DNA from: a bacterium | Lineage (GTDB): Bacteria > Hinthialibacterota > Hinthialibacteria > Hinthialibacterales > Hinthialibacteraceae | Direction of reading: 5' to 3' | NCBI GenBank assembly: GCA_963662285.2 | Contig: CAXXMV010000002.1 | Coordinates: 1,408,001 to 1,472,000 of the forward strand | Length of the DNA: 64,000 bases | Notes under the pieces: generated by a model | Told to the model about the DNA's origin: nothing | Databases searched by the model: none | Seen by the model: the letters and a program-made list of their open reading frames with translations, nothing else | Position numbers and translations under genes: made by a program | Shown here: positions 22,101 to 32,000 of the stretch, in pieces | Layout of the letters: each line of letters begins with the position of its first letter | Numbering within the stretch: position 1 is the stretch's first letter

Positions 22101-25100
22101 CGACCATGACGGATTCGGTACCGGTGTTGCAAAAGGTAACCCGCTCAACGCCGGTCAACTCATGAATCAAGGTCGCCACTTTTCCTGTTAAATCAGATTG
22201 CGGGCCGATTTCAAAACCTTCGGTTATCTGTTTATTGAGAGATTCAACCAGAAAAGCAGGCCGGTGCCCGAAGATGTGAACCCCCATTCCCATGGCGATA
22301 TCCACATACTCATTGCCGTCTTTATCCCAGAACCGCGCCCCCTGTGAATGATCGGATACGATTGGGTATTTCGCTTCTTTAAGATGATTCCAAAAAGAAA
22401 GGGTGTGTTTCCAGTCAGCCAGAATTTTCCTTGATTGCTGGGTAATCTCTTTGGAGGTTGAGGTCCGTTTTATATATTGATCTACTACGGTTTGAATCCA
22501 TGCTTTTTGAGTATCAGTGAGAGTGTTTAATTTTTTTAAGTTCAGTGAACGGAATTCTTCAGCTTTCTTGGTATTCCGCACTGTCTTTACCGATGTTGAT
22601 TGTTTATCTTCTGTTGCAACTTTCTTTTGAACGCTAGAGGATACGGTCAATGATGCTGCGTCTGTTTTGCCCAATACATTTAGTTGTTGCTGGATCAATC
22701 CTTGCATCGAAGCCATATTCTGATTGGATAAAGCGGACAATTGCTGAAGTTGTTGCTGCATTAACTTAACAACCGCGTTATCCGTATCAAGTTGCTGTAG
22801 AGACGGCGGGATTGCAATATCCAAATTTTGTTGGAAGGCCTGTTGTTGCGGCGCATCCTGCTCAACAGCATCAGAAGAGATGCTTAAATTGGGAGCATTA
22901 ACGGCTATGCATTGCGCTACATCATCCAGAGTTTGCAGTTCATTAAAGAACTGGCTGACTTTAAGTTCGATGCCATATTTCTTTTCAATGGTTTGAACAA
23001 TCTTAAAAAGTAATAGGGAATCAAATCCCATTTCCAGCAATCTAACATCCGGTTGAATATCACCTAGATCAAAACCGCCAATGTCTGCAACAAGTTTAAT
23101 TAAATCATTTTTTAATTTGTCATTCATTATTTCTGTGCAATCCTGTTCCGGATTATCATGTTTATTTTTGTCATGATTCATACCCTCATCAGTGGCGACA
23201 ATTTCGTTGTGCTTATGTTCGTTATTTGCTGAAGGAAGCAGGTTAAGAAAATATTTTTTACGTTCAAAAGGATAGGTAGGAATATCTGTTTTTTGATAAG
23301 TGGCGCCCGGGTAAATTTTCCGCCAATCCATATCCATGCCATTTACATACATGCGTCCAAGGCATGAAAGGATGCAACGCATATCTTGCTGTTTTTTCTG
23401 AAGTGAATTGAGCCACAAACATTTCTTATCGGTTTTGCACTGTCTGCCGAAAGAGGCCAGCGTATGTGATGGCCCCAATTCTAAAAAGAGATCAAATCCA
23501 TCTTTCAGACAAGAAGAGACGGCGTCATAAAAACGCACCGGACTGACGATCTGCTTACCCCAATAGACAGAGTTGACTGGAGTATTTCCATCGATCAAAT
23601 CTCCAGTAAGCGTTGAATAAAACGGAATTACAGGAGATGAATACGAGATGGTTCGCCCGGTCTGTTCAAATTCATCGACCATTGGTTCAATCAACGATGA
23701 ATGAAAAGCGTGCGAAACGGGCAGGAATTTACAAGGTATCTTATGTTGTTCAAAGGATTGCGCGCATTGCTTCAGCGCATCGCTATGCCCGGTGATGGTA
23801 ACCCGCTCAGGCGTGTTGACCGCAGCGATATTAATGACGCCCTTGTGCTCACCGATCAATTCAAGAACCTGTTTTTCAGAGGCGAACACAGCCGCCATAC
23901 TACCGTTGGGCGCGAGAGCCTGCATTCTCTTGCCGCGCTCCGCCGCCAGGTTTAAGGCGTCTTCCAAAGAGAATACGCCCGCCGCATAGGCCGCCGCATA
24001 TTCTCCAATGCTATGCCCGATAACCGCTACGGGTTCAACGCCCCATGAACGCCACAATGCGATCAAAGCGTATTCCAGCGCGAATAATGCGGGCTGGGTA
24101 ACCGCCGTCTGGTTCAGTTCTTCTTCTTGGGCGTTATCGGCGAACAAATAATCTAATAATGATTTCTCAAACCAGGGTTGAAGAATCTCGCTGCATTGAT
24201 TTAAAGCCTCACGGAATACAGGCTGATCTTGATACAGTCCACGTCCCATACCGACATATTGCGCGCCCTGTCCTGAAAATAAAAACACGATTCCCTTATT
24301 TCCATAGCACACTGATTCATTAGAGATAAATGTGTTTTTCGCCTTTTTATCTTTGATATATGACTGCAACTCCTCAGTAAATTCCAGCGCCGTACCTGTA
24401 ACCACCGCCATCCGTTTGGGGAAATGACTTCGTCCCGCTGAAGCGGTAAAACAGATATCCGAAAGGGGCGAAGGTGGTTCAGCAAATGTATTGATGTAAC
24501 GGGAAGCCAATTGATCCAGCGCACTCTCTGTCTTGGTGGATAGAGTTAACAAAGAAACAGGCGGGCAGGGTGGATTGGTTTGCTGACGGGGCGGTTGGCA
24601 ATACTCTTCTATTACTACATGGCAATTGGTTCCGCTAAGTCCAAATGAACTAACGCCACCGGCACGGGGGCTATCATTGGCAGGCCAATCTCTTAGAGTT
24701 GTATTGACCTCTATGGGAATCTCATCCCACAGAATATGCTTGTTCGGCTCTTTATAATGCAAACTGGGGGGGATTTGTTGATGATATAAAGATAAAACCA
24801 ACTTTATGACGCCAGCAACGCCCGCCGCTGCTTCAGTATGACCAATGTTGGTTTTCACTGAACCAAGGTATAAAGGATCATCCAGCGTCCGTGACGCTCC
24901 GAACACAGCGTGAAGCGCGTTGACTTCAATCGGATCGCCTAGTATCGTTCCAGTTCCATGAGCCTCTATCAGGTCGATGGCGCCTGGAGATATTCCAGCA
25001 TTGTTTAACGCTTCATGGATAATCCGGGTTTGAGCCGGGCCATTGGGGGCGGTCAGCCCGTTACTGCGTCCATCATGATTAACCGCACAACCTTTAATTA

Positions 25101-25983
25101 CGGCGTAAACCCGATCACCATCTCGTTGCGCATCCTGCAAACGCTTAAGAACAACGACTCCACAGCCTTCCCCCCGGCCATAACCATCCGCGCTATTATC
25201 AAAAGACTTGCAGCGTCCATCAGGCGATAAAGCCATAACCTTTGACAGACCAATAAACCCATCAGGAGACATATTAAGAGTCACGCCTCCCGTCAAAGCC
25301 ATATCACATGCGCCGCTTTGTAAATTTTTAACCGCCTGAGTCAATGAAACCAGCGAAGAAGAACAGGCGGTATCAACCGATAAGGTAGGTCCCTTGAAAT
25401 CATAAAAATAGGATAAACGGCCAGCGCAGACGCTAACCATCACTCCACTGGCTGAAAAAGAATCAATCCGGGCGAAATCATCGGAGTGAATATGCGCCCG
25501 GAAATAATCATAATTTGAATAACCCAGAAACACCCCGGTGCGGCTGCCCCTCAGCTGGTTGGGATCAATTCCGGCATTCTCCAATGCTTCCCAGCTGACC
25601 TCTAGCAATATGCGGTGTTGGGGATCCATCTCCTTCGCCTCAACCGGCGTTATGCCGAAAAAGGATGGATCAAAATGGTCGAATTTATCTATGAATGCCC
25701 CGGATTTGGTATACATTTTCCCCGGAGCAGTTGGATCAGGATCATAGAACGCATCTACATCCCACCGATCCGGAGGGATCAGCGTTACTGTATCAATCTT
25801 ATCTCTGACAATTTTCCAGAAATCACCCGGAGAAGATACTCCTCCGGGAAAACGGCAACCAATCCCGATTACCGCGATTGCATCATTACGTTTCAATGCT
25901 TCGTTCTCATGAAGCAGCGCTTTGATTTTTTCTGAAGCTTTTCTCAGAGTATCTAAGTATTTCTTCTCCTTGGCAGAATCCAT
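10174..25983 (-). CDS. Hybrid PKS-NRPS: KS-AT-ACP-aminotransferase-C-A(Thr)-PCP-E-C-A(Asp/Glu-like)-PCP-C-A(Phe)-PCP
   Basis: KS DTACSSS/HGTGT/GHTE; AT GHSIG with HAFH (malonyl); ACP GFDSL; class-III aminotransferase FDEMINGFR and YGKIAGGG; C motifs HHIALDG, HHIVLDG and HHIVFDG; E motifs HHLIIDG and EGHGR; three A domains; PCPs GGDSI, GGNSL and GGDSI. Confidence 0.95.
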   Translation of the reverse strand: MDSAKEKKYLDTLRKASEKIKALLHENEALKRNDAIAVIGIGCRFPGGVSSPGDFWKIVRDKIDTVTLIPPDRWDVDAFYDPDPTAPGKMYTKSGAFIDKFDHFDPSFFGITPVEAKEMDPQHRILLEVSWEALENAGIDPNQLRGSRTGVFLGYSNYDYFRAHIHSDDFARIDSFSASGVMVSVCAGRLSYFYDFKGPTLSVDTACSSSLVSLTQAVKNLQSGACDMALTGGVTLNMSPDGFIGLSKVMALSPDGRCKSFDNSADGYGRGEGCGVVVLKRLQDAQRDGDRVYAVIKGCAVNHDGRSNGLTAPNGPAQTRIIHEALNNAGISPGAIDLIEAHGTGTILGDPIEVNALHAVFGASRTLDDPLYLGSVKTNIGHTEAAAGVAGVIKLVLSLYHQQIPPSLHYKEPNKHILWDEIPIEVNTTLRDWPANDSPRAGGVSSFGLSGTNCHVVIEEYCQPPRQQTNPPCPPVSLLTLSTKTESALDQLASRYINTFAEPPSPLSDICFTASAGRSHFPKRMAVVTGTALEFTEELQSYIKDKKAKNTFISNESVCYGNKGIVFLFSGQGAQYVGMGRGLYQDQPVFREALNQCSEILQPWFEKSLLDYLFADNAQEEELNQTAVTQPALFALEYALIALWRSWGVEPVAVIGHSIGEYAAAYAAGVFSLEDALNLAAERGKRMQALAPNGSMAAVFASEKQVLELIGEHKGVINIAAVNTPERVTITGHSDALKQCAQSFEQHKIPCKFLPVSHAFHSSLIEPMVDEFEQTGRTISYSSPVIPFYSTLTGDLIDGNTPVNSVYWGKQIVSPVRFYDAVSSCLKDGFDLFLELGPSHTLASFGRQCKTDKKCLWLNSLQKKQQDMRCILSCLGRMYVNGMDMDWRKIYPGATYQKTDIPTYPFERKKYFLNLLPSANNEHKHNEIVATDEGMNHDKNKHDNPEQDCTEIMNDKLKNDLIKLVADIGGFDLGDIQPDVRLLEMGFDSLLLFKIVQTIEKKYGIELKVSQFFNELQTLDDVAQCIAVNAPNLSISSDAVEQDAPQQQAFQQNLDIAIPPSLQQLDTDNAVVKLMQQQLQQLSALSNQNMASMQGLIQQQLNVLGKTDAASLTVSSSVQKKVATEDKQSTSVKTVRNTKKAEEFRSLNLKKLNTLTDTQKAWIQTVVDQYIKRTSTSKEITQQSRKILADWKHTLSFWNHLKEAKYPIVSDHSQGARFWDKDGNEYVDIAMGMGVHIFGHRPAFLVESLNKQITEGFEIGPQSDLTGKVATLIHELTGVERVTFCNTGTESVMVAIRLARAATGKNTVVLFKNSYHGIFDGVLATETEDGLVPFSVGTPVGMIENLVLLDYDSAESLSIIEGLKDELAAVLVEPVQSRNPDLQPQLFLRKLRRITERCNAALIFDEMINGFRIHAGGAQAWFGVQADIITYGKIAGGGLPVGIIAGKARYMDYIDGGYWQYGDQSGPHADMIFFGGTFARNPMSMAGAYAVLSELQKKGPALQEELNQKTGRLCLSLNYFFEKEQVPIRAQFFASQWRLVPVGINDNQPLEMEILFLLMLMKGVYAWERRINFISTAHSNEDIALIENAIKQSIYEIRANGFEYIKTESASNQFYPITSVQRRMIAMAQRPGGELAYHITQAFWIDGPLDVDLLEDGFAEIIRRHDSLRTRFLWMEGEWVQYVGGEPRFSIERIDSTEESIDQNIRSFIRPFDLSKVPLLRIALLKVSETRHLLLGDAHHIALDGISFTVMATELMSLYQGVALQPVEYQYSDGVKILDEWQDSAAYQQQEAFWQETLAAPLPVLNLPTDFARPQEFDYSGSMIFREIPKGLKDKLNNLARTNGVSMYMVLLACYKILLYKLTQQEDLLVGMPASGRLDARLSKTVGMFVNSIIARTRIDGKNTFAEFLLQVKEACSRSYDNQDYPFEKMAEKMNGDRPKHLNAIFDTMLAYEKTDDRAFRIKDLTFTDHHVHSDTAMFDFYLDMYEDADQLSLHFIYAAQLFKQPTIQRWSEYFVQILELVTSDPDRPLFTIDVRSGREIESIAALNQTAADYPSDKNITALFEEQACKTPERIAVVCGEKSLTYQQLNQKANAIAHALIESHSVRSGDRIGGLLNRSEQAIAVFLGILKAGGTYVPMDPDYPAARLEYIFEHSQCAVIITDVMELDSYSSSIRRKMVALSTLDSKNTDNPSIPVDMDANAYVIYTSGSTGKPKGCMISHRNVVRLMKNGRHDFDFCESDVWIIAHSFCFDFSVWEMYGALLYGGKVVVAQKEDVRDTQKFLALIKQHQVTVLNQTPAAFRNLIDVEDQQEAHQLCDHLRYVIFGGDRLDPSSLQKWVCHYPLKRIALINMYGITETTVHVSYYRIKDRDISQPDGRSLIGRPLPETSIYICDANMNQQPIGVAGEMYIGGSGVGLGYLHAPDLTCERFIQSPFNQNERLYKSGDMARCLADDVIEYIGRNDHQVQVRGFRIEPGEIQTAMQTHPVIEKSFVSARKNNVGTDELIAYYTSVEKIDSKVLRDYLSDIIPYYMIPSYFVQVDDFPITSNGKIDIKNLPVPEDLTDADGRQYSAPQSATEQVLEKVWAAVLGVKQVSRNDNFFNLGGDSIKAILIQTKLYQEGIAFDIKTLFKYPSIAVLATHLQITTKIEAKPLSYDQDALSPIQHWFFESHSSDLHHFNQSVLLKTKKTIDLKIIKTVIKELLSQHESLRMTYPLVDGSIKPTLTAFDLDSCFIEVDFRDAQNALQQMQTHASDMQSQFDLAKGPLVKIIYYHMPDGDRLFFVMHHLIIDGVSWRVLLGDFIMGYEQLLHNKKLALGFTSDSYSQWAAALQMYSQSETQLQEIPYWNSQESQNVKSIPVDFACASNRYADEEKIEMSLSEEETSLLLTKANQVYQTQTVEILLTAFVLAMQEWTNQDCMRLFLEGHGRAPINPPVNINRTIGWFTALYPVIFNVSHCSGFTESVQSVQDTLRRIPNNGIGYGILRYAASALSKQEFKIHSTWDVVFNYLGQFDDVDNEHFSISDETTGEDCGQQLERLFLLEINSAVDEKRFSLSMAYNKNIHRRESITNLLNLFTAKLKQILETARSSDGHFIQSSPSFEYWDLSTSDLERALKVYGFSLEDVDDILPMSPLQEGMLFHAMSEEGAKSYFVQFNFSINGQFDKDIFIDCWNDLVDRHPVLRTVFIYDRVPEPMQVVIKKMECEFLFEDLRSLTPTQAADRVKQSQIEDRNRFFDLNRGPLMRFTILQLTESCFEIVWSHHHIVLDGWSVAILHEEFVALYRQRKSCVKAELPAVKPYQDFIRWLQKQDMEPSRIFWRKYLDGVTAPSYVPGGQSTSSSSNYQVQEHIFTLPKDQSTKLCNFAQRNQATLSTVFQTAWAVLLSRYNNADECVFGIVLSGRPAQIEGVDNIVGLFLQTIPIRIKVNTVKTFNELLHNVQTSILDCFLHQYYPIADIMACTNLHNELINHLIVFENYPEPEYVNQPEDDPLGFVMSNLRSHEQMNYDFSIVIHPKDEIEIKFSVNTNVFTKEDAIRIESHLRTLISCILESEHFNIQNLDLSEKPDTTLIQDDNIIPEDESKTEILLDLFEKQVKLSPDSIAIDDDKQEISYQQLDDHSSFVAKALKKAGCRRESNIAVFMGNGADYIAAIIAIQKSCGVFAPINPDVPIKRLETILDLIEARIIVTNNDQYQHLLELLPKISYRPKKILVIKTPDLCMLHDYVSNSKSDIKISETKDISLEERPSPQDSIYILFSSGSTGEPKAILGTHEGLTHFIKWQIKEFNIGSDIRVSNLSTTMFDVSLRDIFLPLLSGGEVCIPTKNQRENFHLLFEWFKQKRISATHIVPGFFRLLIQDAGIAGKTDQLPDLRYIFFAGEPLFGRDVESALRTFGNEILCVNIYGPSETTLAKFFHRISTPVNEPNKMVYVGKPITGTKVYILKNGHQAAVGEIGEICIQPPFACKGFYKNPKMTAQKFIPNPITKNPADIIYTTGDLGRLHTNGDIEILGRLDRQVKIAGVRIELVEIDEAVMKYPDINQAFSILHKRNSKDSALTCYYTVKNPVDIDDLKNFLQDHLPSIFIPEFLIPLDRFPLNLNGKIDMKSLPKPDALVYDRFEYKPPTNKTEEELEKLWKQVLGLGRIGVETPFLSIGGNSLKAIRLISRINSFFDVEVRIKTFFERATIKKMAEFIQSQIQQTESSIQVLPTQPDYAVSHAQLRLWILDQMEIDAKAYNIPGALRCEGKMDATALQTAFNMLIQRHEILRTTFKNEGKNVRQVVHDKMDFAITTVDLTDVPNPENEAQSICSNDAAKPFDLSTGPLLRVLLLQLKKDSWILFFNIHHIVFDGWSVAVLSQELFSIYEKCRQGVQPDLPPLHFQYKDYAGWQNAYLASEKVYAHQKYWNDKLEKRLSTIDLPLDYTRPPIQTFNGDTASSIISADIVDKFRRICLDLDGSLYMGMVCLIKILLFRYTSQKNIVIGSPVAGRDQLEFENQIGFYVNTLILADELDGQHTFADTFSQIKQTITEALEHSIYPFDKIVDDIAPERDMSRPPIVEVMLVYQNFDSPAINIDGIHVQEFEFSCAVSRFTIAYIFEENPDGTISFRIEYNTDLFKPDRIKRMSEHFNELLNDVLTNHTKSINQFSIIPGIERKQIFDQPNIDSASLSPDVMLVDMFKEWVKSSPDSIAVICDEHQLTYAQLDKLTNQLANCIHDQWGVKKGERIGVLMERSEWVVIAWIGILKAGCVYVPFDLSYPARRIAYMIKDSDCSLVLTDETQKNEWNDIAKKVVPITEIHDADSAYKKYAISGDDLAYIIYTSGSTGKPKGVQLEHRGAVNLCYEHREGIGVKPSDNVLQFASMSFDASVWEMSMALMQGACLVIAQQHYIQNTARLSAYLKKHQVSIATLPPTYVTGLSLEDLSSLRILITAGEPPRQEDVRRFSKHLQYINAYGPTETTICASYYKFGASESLNGALPIGKPIRNFQILILDSYGNIAPIGIPGEICVAGVGLAHGYINKDELNRKTFVPHPYQKNHRLYKTGDVGCLHADGNLEFLGRMDNQIKIRGYRVELSEIEQAILSYPNMMHAAVVVKENQQLTKELAAYYVSEQDIEWHKVRSDLGRTLPDYMIPAIGLQIDQLPLLPNGKIDSKKLLTYEISLQHGEQKLDPPENALQETIQKIWMTIMGKTQIGVRQRFFEIGGDSIQAIQIITKLNETGYQAEIQDLFLHPTIESFASIIKPLNASSETPGKEIEQPYISRVNLDPDDLDDIFDDE

Positions 25984-26041
25984 TTTCTCCCCATATATGA
26001 TTCATATAAAAATACATAACCTTCAATTTCCAGGCTGCATA

Positions 26042-29000
26042 TTATGGTTTAATCAATTCTTCAATTTCCTGTAACATTGACTCGTTATCTAATTTATTTT
26101 TCTCTTGATCTGTCTGAGAGGTAGATTCCGTCTTGGTAATATCAAGCACAGACGTCAAAATAAAATCAGCAATTTTTTCCAATGTTGGATAATCAAATAA
26201 TAGGGATACAGGTAAAGGCTTATTCAATTTTTTACTTAAGCGGTTGCGGATATCAACCGTCATCAATGAGTCGAATCCTTGATCGGCCAAAGGCTGGGTT
26301 TTAGAGATCAATTCAGACTCGCTATACCCCAGAACTTCTTGAGATAATCTTACTAAATAATCAAGCAATATCTTGTTTTGGGCGCCGGTCTGCGCTTCTT
26401 CCAATTGTTTGATGATATCAGTTTGATTGCTATCTTCCGCTTGAGATGTTTTTTGCTCTGATTGGCTCGAACCGATTAAATTGGCGAACAATCCGGCGGA
26501 TGAATCATAGTTGTGCGATTTGGCGTAGGTTCGCCAATCCACATCAAGCACTGAAGGTTGAGTCATATCTCCATCCAATAGCCTTTTGAATAAGCGAAGA
26601 CAATCATCCGAAGGCATTGAACGAATACCCTGGGATGAGAAGCGATCCACTGTCACCGTTGCAGCCATTCCGGCTTCAGCCCAGGGACCCCAGTTAATCG
26701 CCTGGCATGGGTAGCCCAGATGTTTACGGTAATGTGCGAAGCCATCCATAAATCCATTGGCCGCTGCATAATTGCTCTGCCCCAGGTTACCGATAACGGT
26801 AACCACAGAAGAAAACAAGACGAAGAAATCCAGATTATGATCCATCAACGCATTGTGCAGATTGCATGTTCCCTGAATCTTGGGAAGCATCACCTTACGC
26901 AATCGGTTTCCATCCTGCTCGTTGCCCATACCATCATCCAATACCCCGGCAGCATGGATCACGCCTTTCAGAGGATAATCTAAATCATGTATGGAGGTCA
27001 TCAATTGCTCGACAGCTTCGGGATTCGCAATGTCGGCTTGCTCAACCAGAACAGTAATTCCTCGTTCTTGAAGAGTCTTAATTCTTGTCTCAGCGGCAGG
27101 CTTCATGCCGCTCCGGCCTGTCAGGATAATGGCGCCAGCCCCTTCTTCGGCTAACCATTCAGCAATATTAAGCCCCAAAGCGCCCAATCCGCCAGTCACC
27201 AGATAAGCAGCGTCTGATCTCACTGAACCGGCATTATCAACACTCTCCCGGTGAATTTCATTTTGTCTGGAGAGCACTACCTTACCGATATGTTTGGCCT
27301 GAGCCATAAAGCGGAAGGCTTCCTTGGCCTGCTCCATAGGGAACACGCTGATAGGCAATGGCTGGTATAATTGTTTTACGAATTTATCATAGACTTCAGC
27401 ATACATCTCTGTAATAAATTCGGGATTAGCTCTGGATATCGCGGCCAGATCAAAAGCGTCATATTGGAGCGTCGGATTATATTCCTTAACCTGCTCATCA
27501 GTCCAAATGCCTTTTTTGCCAATTTCCAAAAACTTGCCATTGTCGCATAGCACGGAGAAACTTTTCTCAATAAAATCATTAGCCAGGGAATTCAAAACCA
27601 CATGCACCCCTGCGCCATTGGTAATCTCTTTTATTTCATCTGCAAAATCCAACGTTCGTGAACTAAAGACATGTTTCACGCCCAACTCTTTGAGCAAGGC
27701 TCGCTTTTCTTCGGTTCCGGCAGTGGCGTAAATCTCCGCGCCCACATCCCGTGCGATTTGAATAGCGGCCATCCCCACTCCCCCGGTTCCGGCATGGATC
27801 AAGATACGCATATCACCAGTGATTTTCGCTAATCGAATCAAAGCATAATAGGCGGTCAGAAAAGTCGCAGGTATGGTCACCGCCTCGTTATGGCCAATTC
27901 CAGGAGGTTTCTTGTTAATGGCATTGCGGTGACAGGTGATATAATCGCAAATGCAGCCGGGAGCATCCATCACAATCACTGATTCTCCAACAGCAAAATC
28001 GGTGATCCCTTCCCCGATCTCAGTAACCACGCCCGATGCTTCATAACCTAAAAATCCAGCATCACCCGGATACTGCCCCAGGGTGTTGAGTACATCACGG
28101 AAATTCAAACCAGAGGCGTATACCTTAACCTCCATCTCGTTCAAACCCGGTTTTTTACGCAGACGCGTCTTGAACGACAACTCATCCAATGATCCACGGG
28201 CGCCTACATCCAGATAATAGGCTTCCTGCGTTGAACGTTGCGGATAGCATTCCGCTTGTTGAACAAGCTTATTTTTAGACTCTTTACGCAACCGTGAGAC
28301 GTAACTCTCTTTATTTTTCCTTAATGCAAATTCTTTTTCCTCGCTTGCCGAATCCAATACTCCCAGAAGCCAGGCAACTCCGTCAGGCGTAAGATGTTCA
28401 TCTACATCAATCATCCCGCCCCATACCAACGGCGATTCCAAAACCAGGGTGCGCCCCAATCCCCACAAACTTGATCCATAAGGATTGGCGAAGCGGTCTT
28501 CCGGCTGAACCATCTGGCTTTGTCTGGTGATTATCCAGATGCGCGCATGTTCCAGATTCAATGATTCCAGCGCCTGGACAAGATAGTACATCCCTTCGCT
28601 TAGACGAATTTGTTTTTGCAACAATTCCGACGATTCGCTGTTTGAATACGATGTATCATCCATCCCCATCGCAAAAAGGACTTTTATATCTTTTGCGGTA
28701 TCCGAAACAGCGCTTACAATTTGCTGAATATCCTCTTTAGATGATAAGTTAGCGGCGAAAGATGAATCAGATATTTTTCTATAAGAATCACCTTCAACCA
28801 CATGGATAAAATCTCCCCCCTGCTGTTGTATCTCATTTCGCAGGGCATCAGTGATTGATGGTTCATTCGAAAAAACAATATAACGGGAATCTTTGATCTT
28901 CTGCGTCTCTGTTGTTATGGATTTTTCTTCCCACCCGATCGAATATAGCCAATCTTTTTCTTCGCCGCCCAATTGGCGGAAAAGGGTTTTCCGGTCGGTC

Positions 29001-32000
29001 TGCTTAAGCAGAAAATCTTCAACCATCAGCACCGTGGCGCCGGATGAATTCATTATCCTCAGTTGGCATTTTAACAATTTATCCTGAATAACAACGCGGG
29101 TATGGCAATACAGGTCGCCTTCCAGCGACCCGGTAAACACAAGTTTCCCGAATTGCAGCGGGATCAATACCGACTCCCCTTCAAGCATGGAATCAGCGGT
29201 CTTATTTATAGCCGGTAAAACCGTTTGCAGGAGAGAATCTATCAGACCGGGATGAACCGCATTATCATCGGTTTTACCAACGGGAACAACTAAACACAGC
29301 ACTTCATCTTTCCACTGATATATCTCTCTTACGCATTTGAAATGCGGCCCGAACTCATAGCCTGCCTGCGCCATATATGCTATAAATTCTTCCTGCGTCA
29401 TAGGAGAATCGACGAATTTCTTTTTCAGTTCCTCCAGACTTTCCCATTGCTCATCTTTATCATAGGTTCCAGAAAATTTGGTGAATTCTCCCTGGCAATG
29501 AGTAATCCACGCGGCATCTGTTGCGTCATCCGGTTTACTGGTTAATTGGAAGGATGGCCGATTGGATGAAGCATCTTTTACCACCATCTGAACGATGCGC
29601 TGTTGTTCACTTTTTAACGTCAATGGAGAGGTCAGGCTGACATTCTCCATGACGCATGCGCCATGCGATATGGCATTGCGCCAGGCGGATAACGCCATAC
29701 ATATATGCCCGGCGCCTGGTGAAATGATGTTTCCAAAAATGTGGTGTTCTTTCAAGAAACCCGGATTCGATTCAGTAAAAACATTGTTATAAAGTATCAT
29801 GTCATCGGGCAGGAAGGACGATGATATCCGCTCGCCTAAATAGGGATGCATGCCCTTGCCGCGATGTTGATCGATTGAAGAAGAAACCACAGGATTCAGA
29901 TAATATGATTTCTTTTGATATGAATAATTAGGCAGAATAACTTTTTCTCTTTTATATGGTTTATCAAATCCCCGCCAGTCAATTTTCTCGCCATGACAAT
30001 ATAACTTGGCCAGGCTTTCTCCGATCTGCTCCCAATCATCCCGCCCCTTCTTCATAGAAGGCAGGAACAGGCAATCATTGGAAGAAATACTGCTGCGGGT
30101 CAATTGGGTTAATACGGGCATTGAACCAATTTCAACAAAGACCGTTCCACCCAATTCAGCCAAAGTTTGAGCGGTTTGGCAAAAGCGAACTGGCTTCCTA
30201 ATCTGCTGCGTCCAATACTCTGCTGTGGTGAAATCACCTGGATCAACCAGTTTTCCCGAAACAGTTGAAACTATATCAATCCGGGGAGATTGATACTGAA
30301 CCTTTGCCGCACTGGCGGCAAACTCATCAAGCATCGGTTCCATCAATCTGGAATGAAACGCATGTGACACCACCAAAGGCTTGGTCGATATTCCATTATC
30401 CTTTAAACTCTGCATTGCAGATGCTACCGACTTTTCGTCGCCTGAGATAACCACATTTTCCGGAGCGTTGCAAGCCGCAATCGATAATGCTCCATTCAAC
30501 GAATCAACAAAAGGAAGAACCGCTTCCTCACTGGCGAACACTGCCGCCATACTGCCGCCTTTTGGCAGAGACTGCATCAACCTGCCCCGCAAAGCCACCA
30601 GCCGGATGGCGTCTTCTAGGCTCATCACCCCGGCGAAACAGGCGGCGGCGTATTCACCAATGCTGTGTCCTGCAATCAAATCAGGATTAACGCCCCATGA
30701 TGACCATAACTTCGCCAGCGCATATTGGATCGCAAAAATGGCTGGCTGGGTGTTGCCTGTCTGAGATAATTCTGCATCATTGGCGTTTTCACCATACAAC
30801 ATATCAATCAAAGATTTGCTTAATTCTTTCGCCACTAGAGCATTGCATTCCTCAATGGCTTGCCGGAACACTGGTTGAGTTTCAAACAACTCCCGACCCA
30901 TTCCCGCATACTGAGAACCCTGACCTGTAAAAAGGAAAACAATCGATGAATCGGCGACAACTCCACTATTTGTGTGATAAGCCGGAGATTTTTTGTTATT
31001 CAGGCAATCCTTGATTCCTTGCTGCATCTCATCTTTGGATTTTCCTGTGAATATTGTACGGTAAGGCAGATGATTGCGCCCCACACTGGCGGTGTAGCAC
31101 GTATCGGCTAGAGAGTATGGTGTATTTTCCAGATAGTGCGCATACTTTTCCAGGTTATCATTCAGCGCCTCTTTGCTTTTGGCGCTTATCGGTAATAGAT
31201 GCAACGGTCTTTCAACTGCATTACTTTCCTCTATATGTTTTTCAGGGGGTAAAGGTTCTTCCAGAATCACATGAGCATTGGTTCCACTAAAACCGAATGA
31301 ATTAATCCCGGCTCTTCTTGGTTTATCATGCTTAGGCCAGGGGGTAAGTTCCAGTGGAACCCGAACCGGAATATCATCCCATGGAATCAGAGGATTTGGT
31401 ACATTCATATTCAAATGGGGTGGAAATTGATTATGCATCATGGATAGAACCATTTTAATCACCCCGGAAACTCCAGCCGCCGCCTCCAGATGTCCAATGT
31501 TCGATTTAACGCTGCACAAAATCAGGGGATTGGTTTTATCGTGCGAGTCTTTGATGATGCGTGCAATTGATTCAACTTCAATCGGGTCGCCCAGTTTGGT
31601 TCCCGTACCATGCGCCTCGATATAATCAATATCACTGGGCGTCAGTCCCGCATTGGATAGCGCCCTTTTTATCACCTTCTCTTGAGCTAAACCATTGGGC
31701 GCAGTCAGACCATTGCTCTTTCCATCCTGGTTCACTGCGGTGCCCCGGATTAATGCCAGGATTCTATCTCCATCCCGCTGAGCGTCGCTCAATCTCTTTA
31801 GAACAATAATCCCGCATCCTTCACCTCGCCCATACCCATCGCCCGAAGCATCAAATGTCTTGCATTTACCATCCGGAGAAATGGTGCCTAATTTGGTGGA
31901 ACAGATATGAAAAATGGGAGATAGTATCAGGTTCACTCCACCGGCAATGGCTATTTCTGATTCATTGTTGCGTAAACCCTGACAGGCCAGATGCAACGCA

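Noticed and set aside
10174-25983. Colibactin/xenocoumacin-type N-acyl-D-Asn prodrug motif suggested by asnB plus the peptidase
   Set aside because: The only module with an intact E domain carries a Thr code, and there is no starter C-A(Asn)-T-E module.
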